Shown here piece by piece: positions 1 to 8,570 of a stretch of 25,673 nt of DNA (position 1 is the stretch's first letter; each line of letters opens with the position of its first letter). Position numbers and translations under genes: made by a program. Where the stretch lies: positions 1-25,673 of IMG/VR virus record IMGVR_UViG_3300025653_004941. One strand, written 5' to 3'. This stretch comes from a virus (lineage: Duplodnaviria > Caudoviricetes). Under the pieces are notes generated by a model. That model saw only the letters and a program-made list of their open reading frames with translations. It was not told the DNA's origin and did no database searches.

Positions 1-2
1 AG

Positions 3-299
3 GAAGATGTAGACTTCTGTGTGAACTGTGGCGAATTGGTGTTCGAGGAGACACTGAACGAGGACCTCAAGAAATGGTTCAAGGACAAATGGGTGCGGAT
101 GGGTCCGAAGGGTAAGATCCGTGGAGCATGCGGTGGCAAATCCAAAGGCGAAGGCAAACCCAAATGCTTACCGGCCAAGAAAGCATACGCACTGGGTAAA
201 AAAGGCAGGGCAAGTGCGGCGGCGAGAAAGAGAAGAAAAGATCCTAATCCAGATAGACGTGGTAAAGCGATAAACGTCAATACCAAGAAGAAAAAATAA
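3..299 (+). CDS. 5'-truncated Lys/Arg-rich protein (C-terminal part); possible virion-internal/DNA-binding protein
   Basis: Frame is open from nt 3 (EDVDFCVNCG...), so the GTG at 21 is probably internal. CxxC, then EDLKKWFKDKWV and a very basic tail. Confidence 0.6.
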   Translation, partial: EDVDFCVNCGELVFEETLNEDLKKWFKDKWVRMGPKGKIRGACGGKSKGEGKPKCLPAKKAYALGKKGRASAAARKRRKDPNPDRRGKAINVNTKKKK

Positions 300-300
300 T

Positions 301-329
301 TTGCATTCATACGAAATCTGTTATATACT
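301..329 (+). promoter_or_regulatory. sigma70-type promoter
   Basis: TTGCAT (301-306), 17-nt spacer, TATACT (324-329); AGGAG SD at 344-348 before ATG 355. Confidence 0.7.
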
Positions 330-354
330 TGTTGGATAACAACAGGAGAAACAA

Positions 355-612
355 ATGGCAGTAAGAAACTTCAACGACGCAGAAAAGCAGAAATTGATCC
401 AGATCATTTCCCAGGGTTCACAGGTACTAGGTGAAGTAGAGGACTTGAAGGGTGGATTGAAAGACACAGTAAAAGCAATCGCAGAAGAACTAGAATTGAA
501 ACCAGCACTCATCAACAAAGCGATATCCGTTGCACACAAAGGCAACTACCAGAACATCGCAGACGAGATGGACACACTGGAAAGCATACTAAACACAGCC
601 GGCAAACTTTAA
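355..612 (+). CDS. Small dsDNA-binding protein, T4 DsbA/GapR-like
   Basis: 85 aa helical; EVEDLKGGLKDTVKAIAEELELKPALINKAI resembles the DsbA/GapR pattern; good SD. Confidence 0.5.
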   Translation: MAVRNFNDAEKQKLIQIISQGSQVLGEVEDLKGGLKDTVKAIAEELELKPALINKAISVAHKGNYQNIADEMDTLESILNTAGKL

Positions 613-896
613 TGTTGGACAAAGTCAGATCATTCTGGCTTCGTAGTTTTGAGAGTGACAGGACAGCGTTCTACTTTGAACTCGTCAGTTTCATTTTCAC
701 AGTTGGAGCCAGCCTAACACTTGCGATCACGGCCTCGGATCCGGACATGACTATCGTGTATCCGGGATTCTTGGTAGGAGCACTAACACAATGTTACGCT
801 TCATACAGGAGAGAAGCGGCGTTCGTGATGATGATCACTGGCTATTTCGCAATCATAAATGTCTACGGTTACGGCGTGGCAAGTTATTGGTGGTAA
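612..896 (+). CDS. Small membrane protein (about 3 TM)
   Basis: Three hydrophobic segments; TAATG stop/start coupling to the upstream gene. Confidence 0.7.
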   Translation: MLDKVRSFWLRSFESDRTAFYFELVSFIFTVGASLTLAITASDPDMTIVYPGFLVGALTQCYASYRREAAFVMMITGYFAIINVYGYGVASYWW

Positions 897-902
897 CATA
901 AA

Positions 903-1574
903 ATGAAAAAATGTCTTTTAATTGGATGTAGCCAAGGCATCTACATACACCAGGATTTCTCTAAAGTTTTTGGTTCAGAGAATATTGAATGGATAAACCT
1001 ATCCGAGGAGGGATTTGGCAATACATATATCACTGCACGTCTATTTGAATATGTGGACGATATTGGAATACCAGATTACGTGTATCTACAATATTCAGGG
1101 CTTTCTAGGATTGACCTACCTTTGGATCTCAAAGTCACTGTACCCGATTACCGGTATCAAGTAAAAACCAACAGAAGAAATTGGGTAGCAAGTGGCGGTC
1201 GCAACGGATCATGGAAATCGTGTGACATGCTGAAAAGAACTTTCGCATACATGTATGATATCACCTCACAAAAAAAAGGCTGTTATGACCTAAGTCTACA
1301 TGAAATTTTTCGAGGTATAGAACTATGCAAAACTCTAGGAATACCGTATAATTGGAGTAGTTGTTATGACTACACTAATCCACCAAACAAGTCCACACGT
1401 GTGGAAGGAGCAGTAGATAAATTGCCGGATTACATAGACATGTCTGCTCATGTAGGAGAATTCCCTATTAATGTTGCCTACGATTTAGGAGAGATTCCCC
1501 ATGACAATGTGCATTACAGCAGATCTGTAGGTGAACAATATCTTATAAGAAACACGAGTAAGTTTAATATATGA
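903..1574 (+). CDS. SGNH/GDSL hydrolase-like protein
   Basis: N-terminal LLIGCS (block I), EGFGN (block II), C-terminal DNVH (DxxH). Confidence 0.5.
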   Translation: MKKCLLIGCSQGIYIHQDFSKVFGSENIEWINLSEEGFGNTYITARLFEYVDDIGIPDYVYLQYSGLSRIDLPLDLKVTVPDYRYQVKTNRRNWVASGGRNGSWKSCDMLKRTFAYMYDITSQKKGCYDLSLHEIFRGIELCKTLGIPYNWSSCYDYTNPPNKSTRVEGAVDKLPDYIDMSAHVGEFPINVAYDLGEIPHDNVHYSRSVGEQYLIRNTSKFNI

Positions 1575-2101
1575 TGACTTATATTTTTGGTGACAGTTTT
1601 GCTGTCAACCGTGATGGTTGGGTAGGTATGTTAGGACGAGATGTTAGGATATTTTCACAAAACGGTGTTGGCGAATATAAAATTTACAAACAAGTGATTG
1701 AAAATTTAAGGTTTGATCAGGCCATAATCTGTCATACCTCTCCGTGGAGAGTCCATACGAGAATGCATCCTGTTCATAAAAATAATTTAATTAGGGAAAA
1801 TAATGATTTTCTGTTGAATGATGTTGAATATCATAGTAAAATAAACAAAGATATGAAACTTGTAAATGAATATCTAAAAAATTACTATGATCCTGAATAT
1901 CAACAAGGTGTATACGATCTGATTGTAGATAAGTTATTAGAAATAACAAACACAATACACATCACTTTCCATGAGCCAGAAGACACGAAACAAATTGCAC
2001 ACAATTTTAATGACATATACAAACAGCATCCAGGAGATGTAAATCACATGTCCGAAGATGGAAACATACTTACAGCAGAAAAAATTAAAAAAATTATATG
2101 A
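1571..2101 (+). CDS. SGNH/GDSL hydrolase-like protein
   Basis: IFGDSF block I, NGVG block II, DVNHMSEDGN (DxxH) block V; overlaps both neighbours. Confidence 0.55.
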   Translation: MMTYIFGDSFAVNRDGWVGMLGRDVRIFSQNGVGEYKIYKQVIENLRFDQAIICHTSPWRVHTRMHPVHKNNLIRENNDFLLNDVEYHSKINKDMKLVNEYLKNYYDPEYQQGVYDLIVDKLLEITNTIHITFHEPEDTKQIAHNFNDIYKQHPGDVNHMSEDGNILTAEKIKKII

Positions 2102-4761
2102 GTTACATAGACGCATTATTCAAAAAAGATGAAGACAAGATATACGTGGTAGAACGTGATGCCAAGAAAGGCAGAATATTTACGGAGTATGATGCAAGGT
2201 ACGTGTTCTACTACGAGGACGCAAGGGGCAAACACAGATCAATGACTGGTGCTCCATTACAGAGGGTGCAGTGTGCAACCAACAAAGAGTTCATTAAAGA
2301 ACAGAGGATAAGATCCAACAAACAACTGTACGAGAATGATATCAATCCTGTGTTCAGATGCCTGGAAGAGAACTATTTAGGCAAGGAGACCCCAAAACTA
2401 AATGTGATGTTTTTCGATATTGAAGTTGACTTCGATCCAGATCGAGGTTATTCAACAACAGATGATCCGTTCATGCCCATAACTGCCATAAGTTGTTACA
2501 TGAGCTGGACGGACCAACTGGTCACATTCGCCGTGCCACCAAAGACAATAAGCATGGCAGACGCAAAAGAACTCACAAAAAGGTTTGACAACACCATGTT
2601 GTTCGAGAAAGAGAAAGACATGTTGGATGCATTCCTGGAACTGGTGCAAGATGCAGACATACTGTCGGGTTGGAATTCAGAAGGATACGATATACCATAT
2701 ACAGTTGGCAGGATACAAAAAGTATTAAGTTCGGATGACACAAGAAGATTATGCTTCTGGGGTGAAAAACCTAGGAAGAGGGTGTTCGAAAAGTACGGTA
2801 GAGAACAGTTGAGTTTTGATCTCGTTGGACGTGTACACTTGGACTTGTTGGAACTATACAGGAAGTACACATACGAGGAAAGACACAGTTTCAGACTAGA
2901 TGCGATCGGAGAACACGAACTAGATGAGAAGAAGACAGTGTACGAGGGATCACTAGATAATTTGTACAAAAACGACTTCGGGTTGTTCATAGAATACAAT
3001 AGACAAGACACGGCACTACTGGCCAAACTTGAAAAGAAATTGAAGTTCATAGAACTTGCGAATGAGATAGCACACCAAAACACTGTGCTACTACAGACCA
3101 CAATGGGTGCTGTTGCAGTTACAGAACAAGCGATCGTAAATGAAACCCACAGGCGTGGCATGATCGTGCCAGGCAGGAAATACAAGAAAGACGGAGAAGA
3201 GAATCAACCAGCGGCAGGAGCCCATGTGGCGACACCACAAAAAGGAATACACGATTGGATTGGATCTGTTGATATCAACTCACTGTATCCTAGTGTTATT
3301 AGGGCGTTGAACATGGGTCCGGAAACAATCGTGGGCCAGATAAGGCCGGTGATAACATCGGCAGAGATCAACAGGGCTAAATCTCAGAAGAAATCATTTG
3401 CGGCCGCATGGGACAGCCAATTTGGATCGTGGGAGTACCAAGCGGTCATGAACAAAGAAAAAGGCACAGAGATCATAGTGGACTACGAAGACAAGACCAG
3501 TGTGCGTATGAGTGCGGCACAACTGTATGACATAATTTTTGATGGCAACAACAAATGGATGTTGAGTGCAAACGGCACAATATTCACATACGAATATGAA
3601 GCGGTCATACCAGGCTTACTAAAACGTTGGTATGAAGAAAGACAGGATATGCAGAGAAAAATGCGTGAGTGTGGAGACAACGAGATCGAAAGGGAATATT
3701 GGGACAAGAGACAGTTGGTCAAGAAGATTAATCTGAACAGTCTGTATGGTGCGATATTGAATCCAGGATGTAGATTCTTTGACATAAGGATTGGTCAGAG
3801 TGTGACCCTCACAGGCAGATGTATCACACAGCACATGGCAAGCAAAACCAATGAGATTATTTCAGGCAAGTATGATCACAAAGGAGAAAGCATCGTGTAC
3901 GGAGACACGGACTCGGTTTACTTTACAGCACACAAGACACTGCAGAAAGAGATCAACGAGGGATTGATTCCATGGACGAAAGATTCTGTTGTATCGTTGT
4001 ATGACAAGATTGCAGATGAGGTCAACGGATCGTTCAAGGCATTCATGACGAAAGGTTTTCACTGTCCAAGCACCAGAGGTGGAGTGATTGCGGCGGGCAG
4101 GGAACTTGTTGCATCCAAGGGTTTGTTCATAACAAAGAAAAGATATGCGGTGCTTTATTACGACAAGGAAGGAAAGCGTACAGACGTCGAAGGCAAAGAC
4201 GGCAAGATGAAAGCAATGGGACTAGATCTCAAACGTTCAGACACACCAGTGTTCGTGCAAGACTTTCTGAGTGAGATATTGTACATGGTACTACAAGGCA
4301 AGGATGAAAAAGATGTACTAGATAGGATCAGTGAATTCAGGGCAGAGTTCAAATCAAGGCCAGGTTGGGAGAAGGGATCTCCCAAGAGGGCAAACAACAT
4401 GACCAAATACACAGCGGCCGAAGAGAAGTCCGGTAGGGCAAACATGCCCGGACACGTGAGGGCCAGCATGAACTGGAATAGGTGCAGGGAGATGTACGGC
4501 GACAAGTACTCGATGCCAATAACGGATGGTGCCAAGGTGATCGTGTGTAAACTAAAACAGAACCCATTGGGTTACACCAGTATCGCATACCCCGTTGATG
4601 AGATGCGTATACCAGAGTGGTTCAAGGAACTGCCGTTTGATGGTGATGCCATGGAGGCAACGATACTGGACCAGAAACTGGACAACCTCATAGGTGTGTT
4701 GGGTTGGGATATACAGTCAACAGAGACCACAAACACATTCAACAAACTGTTCGAATTCTAA
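2098..4761 (+). CDS. polB: Family B DNA polymerase with 3'-5' exonuclease (T4 gp43-like)
   Basis: ExoI FDIEVD, ExoII GWNSEGYDIPY, ExoIII YNRQD; polymerase motifs DINSLYPS, KINLNSLYG, YGDTDS, KKRY. Confidence 0.97.
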   Translation: MSYIDALFKKDEDKIYVVERDAKKGRIFTEYDARYVFYYEDARGKHRSMTGAPLQRVQCATNKEFIKEQRIRSNKQLYENDINPVFRCLEENYLGKETPKLNVMFFDIEVDFDPDRGYSTTDDPFMPITAISCYMSWTDQLVTFAVPPKTISMADAKELTKRFDNTMLFEKEKDMLDAFLELVQDADILSGWNSEGYDIPYTVGRIQKVLSSDDTRRLCFWGEKPRKRVFEKYGREQLSFDLVGRVHLDLLELYRKYTYEERHSFRLDAIGEHELDEKKTVYEGSLDNLYKNDFGLFIEYNRQDTALLAKLEKKLKFIELANEIAHQNTVLLQTTMGAVAVTEQAIVNETHRRGMIVPGRKYKKDGEENQPAAGAHVATPQKGIHDWIGSVDINSLYPSVIRALNMGPETIVGQIRPVITSAEINRAKSQKKSFAAAWDSQFGSWEYQAVMNKEKGTEIIVDYEDKTSVRMSAAQLYDIIFDGNNKWMLSANGTIFTYEYEAVIPGLLKRWYEERQDMQRKMRECGDNEIEREYWDKRQLVKKINLNSLYGAILNPGCRFFDIRIGQSVTLTGRCITQHMASKTNEIISGKYDHKGESIVYGDTDSVYFTAHKTLQKEINEGLIPWTKDSVVSLYDKIADEVNGSFKAFMTKGFHCPSTRGGVIAAGRELVASKGLFITKKRYAVLYYDKEGKRTDVEGKDGKMKAMGLDLKRSDTPVFVQDFLSEILYMVLQGKDEKDVLDRISEFRAEFKSRPGWEKGSPKRANNMTKYTAAEEKSGRANMPGHVRASMNWNRCREMYGDKYSMPITDGAKVIVCKLKQNPLGYTSIAYPVDEMRIPEWFKELPFDGDAMEATILDQKLDNLIGVLGWDIQSTETTNTFNKLFEF

Positions 4762-4764
4762 ATA
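4759..4764 (+). promoter_or_regulatory. Putative phage late-type promoter element (TAAATA)
   Basis: CTAAATA overlaps the pol stop codon, 5 nt before ATG 4770; resembles the T4 late TATAAATA box and recurs upstream of other genes. Confidence 0.4.
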
Positions 4765-4769
4765 CCGTT

Positions 4770-5567
4770 ATGTTAAGCATTGAAGAAATAAAATTATTGA
4801 TTGAAAAACTAGAAAAAGTCAAAAAAGAAGATTTACAGGAGTTGATAGACTCAAATTTACAAATTTTAAAAGACATAGAGCTGGCCGTCGACGCCAACAA
4901 CAAAGAGGTAATAGACAGATTGGACAAGACTCCCGAATGGTACAACAGAGACCGAGAACAAAAATTGAAAAAACCCATGGTGGATCCTATCACTGAAAGA
5001 CAGGTACAGAGTAAAATATTCCAGTTCGCAAGGACAAATCTCTACAACAGCCTTGAGATTGGACCAGGTAATGGCATGTTCTCCATGGACTTCAGGGCAT
5101 GGAGGTTGAATTACTTCCTAGACATTACCCATGCCGTTGAGAGACCAATACTGGAGAAGTTCAATCCTGCACATAGAAAATATCTAAAATTCTACAAGAC
5201 ACGCAACACCGAGTGTTCAAACATTCCACAGGGCAGTTGCAACTTTGTTTTCAGTTGGGACACATTTGTTTTCTTCACACAACAACACGTGCAACAGTAT
5301 TTGCACGACATCAAGAGGGTGCTGATCCCCGGTGGTTATTGCTTCATACAGTATGCAGATTGCCACTATGATGTTGAACTGGAACTGGCCAAGAGGGGAT
5401 ATTGGAACTACAACACCAAGACCGCCATGACACAGATGATCAAGGACGAGGGTTATGAGATTGTGGAGATGAATCAGTTCAGACCTGGCGCTAGTTACGC
5501 CATATTCAGAAAACCTGGTAAACAAAATCCAGTCGTGTACAAAGTTTCTGAAATAACACTAGACTAA
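4770..5567 (+). CDS. Class I SAM-dependent methyltransferase with N-terminal coiled coil
   Basis: Motif I LEIGPGNG, NFVFSWDTF, and LHDIKRVLIPGG. Start moved from 4704 to ATG 4770, after the pol stop. Confidence 0.8.
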   Translation: MLSIEEIKLLIEKLEKVKKEDLQELIDSNLQILKDIELAVDANNKEVIDRLDKTPEWYNRDREQKLKKPMVDPITERQVQSKIFQFARTNLYNSLEIGPGNGMFSMDFRAWRLNYFLDITHAVERPILEKFNPAHRKYLKFYKTRNTECSNIPQGSCNFVFSWDTFVFFTQQHVQQYLHDIKRVLIPGGYCFIQYADCHYDVELELAKRGYWNYNTKTAMTQMIKDEGYEIVEMNQFRPGASYAIFRKPGKQNPVVYKVSEITLD

Positions 5568-5588
5568 GATCTAAATATAGTATACACT
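5560..5588 (+). promoter_or_regulatory. sigma70-type promoter with CTAAATA in the spacer
   Basis: TAGACT (5560-5565), 17-nt spacer, TACACT (5583-5588); CTAAATA at 5571-5577. Confidence 0.5.
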
Positions 5589-5597
5589 ACAAACATT

Positions 5598-6335
5598 ATG
5601 ATAGACATCTTAAAAGACATCGTTAAACATACGCATGGACTGGGATTCTTGGATCTTGTCAAGATCACTGGGGACGATAAGGAAACTTCAATCGACTCAA
5701 TGGCCGAAGACAGATCTGTGATCCTACAAGGGTCTTTCCACAAGCCACAGGCAGAGATGTCTGGTACGTTTGGAATGCCTCAGATGGGCAAGTTAGACAT
5801 CCACCTGAAGTGTCCCGAGTACAAGGAGAAAGCAAACATAACTGTGTTGTCAGGTGAGAGAGCCGGGGCAACAGTTCCCACAGGAATCCATTTCGAGAAT
5901 GAAAAGGGTGACTTCAAGAACGACTACAGGTTCATGAATGCCGAGATCATCAACGAGAAACTTAAGACCGTCAAGTTCAAAGGTGTTAAGTGGGACGTTG
6001 AGATCGAACCAGGAATGGCAAGTGTGCAGAGATTCAACTTCCAGGCAACAGCAAACACAGAACACAACTCATTCGTTGTTAGGACCGAGGATGGAAACTT
6101 GATTTTCACTTTCGGTGACCAGGCATCGCATGGTGGTGAATTCGTGTTCGCAACTGACGTTAAGGGAACACTTAACAAAGGTTGGAGTTGGCCGGTAGGA
6201 CAGGTGCTACAAATACTTAAACTATCAGACTCGGCAAAGGTCACATTACACTTCTCTAACGAGGGTGCGATGCAGGTCTCCGTTGATTCGGGACTGGGCA
6301 AGTATCAATACATCATACCAGCACAGGCGCAATAA
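5598..6335 (+). CDS. Probable sliding clamp / polymerase processivity factor (gp45/PCNA-like)
   Basis: 245 aa with an alternating helix/beta pattern typical of clamps; C-terminal YQYIIPA strand; located near polB. Confidence 0.6.
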   Translation: MIDILKDIVKHTHGLGFLDLVKITGDDKETSIDSMAEDRSVILQGSFHKPQAEMSGTFGMPQMGKLDIHLKCPEYKEKANITVLSGERAGATVPTGIHFENEKGDFKNDYRFMNAEIINEKLKTVKFKGVKWDVEIEPGMASVQRFNFQATANTEHNSFVVRTEDGNLIFTFGDQASHGGEFVFATDVKGTLNKGWSWPVGQVLQILKLSDSAKVTLHFSNEGAMQVSVDSGLGKYQYIIPAQAQ

Positions 6336-7783
6336 TGACGACAGATAATAGTAAGCAGGAACACCTAGGGGAGTTGAGCAGAGACTTCGCGGTGTTCTTG
6401 CCTGCTATATCTAACTTCTACAACACGTTTATCAGCAAACAGAGAGTCACAGAAGGCAAACACATAGCCGAAGAGAGAATTCCAAAGACATTTGAAAATG
6501 GCGTGGAGTCATTGAACTTCATAAATCCAGACAAAGGTATGTTTACATACCCCACAGCACTTTACTCGGCAGGACATGCCTGCTTAAACATGGATCAAGT
6601 GAATGACCGGGATCACATGTTCGTCAACAGGGATAGAAAGTTCAGCACGATAGTGGGCGATTCAGGTGGATATCAGATAGGAAAAGGTGTCATTAAATTT
6701 GATTGGAAAGATTTTGAGGGTAACAAGGCAAACAAAGTGAGATCAGACATACTCAACTGGTTGGAACTAACAAGCGACTGGGCAATGACACTGGACGTGC
6801 CAACATGGGCGGCGGATGACCTTAACAGTCCAAAGACTGGATTGACCAGTTTCCAGGACACATTGGACGGTACCATATACAACAACAAGTTCTTCCAAAA
6901 GAACAGGTTAGGACAAACAAAATTATTGAATGTTCTACAAGGTGATGACTGGAACACAGCACAGATATGGTATGATGCTGTAAAAGATTTCGAATTCGAA
7001 GGATGGGCAATGGGTGGTATTAACATGTGTGACATGGAAGTGATGCTGAAACGTCTGATCATAATGAGAGATGAGAAGAAACTTGACGGCAAGGACTGGA
7101 TGCACGTACTTGGAACTTCGCAGATGGATTGGGGTTGTTATCTCACACAGGTTCAAAGGCAGGTTAGGAAACATATCAATCCAAACTTCACAATCAGTTT
7201 TGACAGTGCATCAGCATTCCTATCGACTGCAAATGGACTTGTTTACACACACAACTCGTTCTCTCCAGACAGGTGGTCATTCGTAATGGATAAAGCACCA
7301 GACGATAAAGCGTTGAAAGGATCCGAAATTCAATTTCCATTTGATAGTGGTGTTGGACGTAGACTGAAGATGAAAGATGTCTGTTGGTATGGTGAGAATG
7401 ACCTAAATAAAAACGGAAAGGTTGGAGCAACAAGTTGGGACAGTTTCAGTTATGTGCTGATGATGGCACACAACGTATACAACCAGATCAGAGCGATACA
7501 GATCGCAAATGATCTAAACGACATAGAATCTATGAAATACCGACCTGAGGTCAAACACTGGCGTAAAACAAAGGCAAGTGACAAGACGGATGAACCAAGC
7601 ATATATGTTCCAAGGAACATACTGTATTTCAACACGTTTGTTGAAGAAGTGTTTACAAGTGAGAAACCAATGGACGTGATCGCAGGTGCATCAAGTTATC
7701 TAGCAGACATCAGGGGCAACAGATGGGCCAGGGCAACAGGTGGTGGCAAAGGCACAAACAATTTCAGTTCTTTATTTGAATAG
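6335..7783 (+). CDS. dpdA: TGT-fold guanine transglycosylase, DpdA-like (probable DNA 7-deazaguanine insertase)
   Basis: TGT motifs in order: GDSGGYQ, MTLDVP, NVLQG, GWAMGG, MHVLG, ISFDSAS, late AHN; clustered with folE and queE. Confidence 0.75.
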   Translation: MTTDNSKQEHLGELSRDFAVFLPAISNFYNTFISKQRVTEGKHIAEERIPKTFENGVESLNFINPDKGMFTYPTALYSAGHACLNMDQVNDRDHMFVNRDRKFSTIVGDSGGYQIGKGVIKFDWKDFEGNKANKVRSDILNWLELTSDWAMTLDVPTWAADDLNSPKTGLTSFQDTLDGTIYNNKFFQKNRLGQTKLLNVLQGDDWNTAQIWYDAVKDFEFEGWAMGGINMCDMEVMLKRLIIMRDEKKLDGKDWMHVLGTSQMDWGCYLTQVQRQVRKHINPNFTISFDSASAFLSTANGLVYTHNSFSPDRWSFVMDKAPDDKALKGSEIQFPFDSGVGRRLKMKDVCWYGENDLNKNGKVGATSWDSFSYVLMMAHNVYNQIRAIQIANDLNDIESMKYRPEVKHWRKTKASDKTDEPSIYVPRNILYFNTFVEEVFTSEKPMDVIAGASSYLADIRGNRWARATGGGKGTNNFSSLFE

Positions 7784-7792
7784 GAGGACACA

Positions 7793-7996
7793 ATGAGGCT
7801 AACAAAGAGAAGAAGCAAGAAAGTTAAAAAACTCGAAGAAGAGCATCAGTATCTTGACAAAAAGGTAAAACAACTTACCAAAGACAGGCTGAAGGACCGT
7901 AGTTCAGAAAGCAAAGACGTGTTGAATAGGTTGAAAAGGATGAAATTGATCATCAAAGATGCCATCGCTAGAGCAAAGTCCACGTTGACAAAATAA
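7793..7996 (+). CDS. Small coiled-coil protein, YdcH/DUF465-like
   Basis: LEEEHQYLDKKV...LKRMKLIIKDAI pattern; AGGAGG SD. Confidence 0.6.
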   Translation: MRLTKRRSKKVKKLEEEHQYLDKKVKQLTKDRLKDRSSESKDVLNRLKRMKLIIKDAIARAKSTLTK

Positions 7997-8013
7997 CCGT
8001 TTAGTAATATAAT
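7985..8013 (+). promoter_or_regulatory. Consensus sigma70 promoter, probably giving a leaderless mRNA
   Basis: TTGACA (7985-7990), 17-nt spacer, TATAAT (8008-8013); ATG at 8019. Confidence 0.85.
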
Positions 8014-8018
8014 AAGGT

Positions 8019-8570
8019 ATGGACAGAGATTATAAAACGGGCAAGAGTGAAACTGTAGGTGTTTTTTCAGGATTAGAAGTGGAACATACCCCGGCACTTG
8101 GTAAACAAACACTTTTCTTGGCAAGGAACGATCTTACGTTTGATGACATCAAAGAACTTGCACAATCAGTGAATGCGGAAGCAATCTACTATGGAGCAAA
8201 CAGATCTTATATGCACAATCATGGCATGCAACTTTCACAAATGAAGAGATTGATAGAAGATGGTTACTATGTCACTGTCGATTACGACTACAGCATACAC
8301 AAGGAAGTCAAAGAAAAATTCAAGATGTTGTGGCAAAACGAAAAGTTTATCCCTTTCTGTTCAATAATATTTCCAAATTCCGAGGACGATGACCAACTTT
8401 GTATAAAGGTCGATGACGTTGACTTCAACAAGACCAACCCAGGTGTTTGGACCATGAGCATGGATCACTTCAAACAAACTTCAGGTTTCACTTCATGGAA
8501 GGAATACAAACAAGACGAACCAATACAGGAGAACAAATGGACACTGAGCACCAACACGATCAAGCACTAA
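8019..8570 (+). CDS. Hypothetical protein, possibly a degenerate QueE-like partial barrel without the Fe-S motif
   Basis: Clear ORF with its own promoter; VFSGLEVEHTPALGKQTLFL and LIEDGYYVTVD echo QueE segments; no CxxxCxxC. Confidence 0.55.
   Translation: MDRDYKTGKSETVGVFSGLEVEHTPALGKQTLFLARNDLTFDDIKELAQSVNAEAIYYGANRSYMHNHGMQLSQMKRLIEDGYYVTVDYDYSIHKEVKEKFKMLWQNEKFIPFCSIIFPNSEDDDQLCIKVDDVDFNKTNPGVWTMSMDHFKQTSGFTSWKEYKQDEPIQENKWTLSTNTIKH

Noticed and set aside
2098-4761. Intein, intron or split in the polymerase
   Set aside because: Continuous 887-aa ORF with normal motif spacing.
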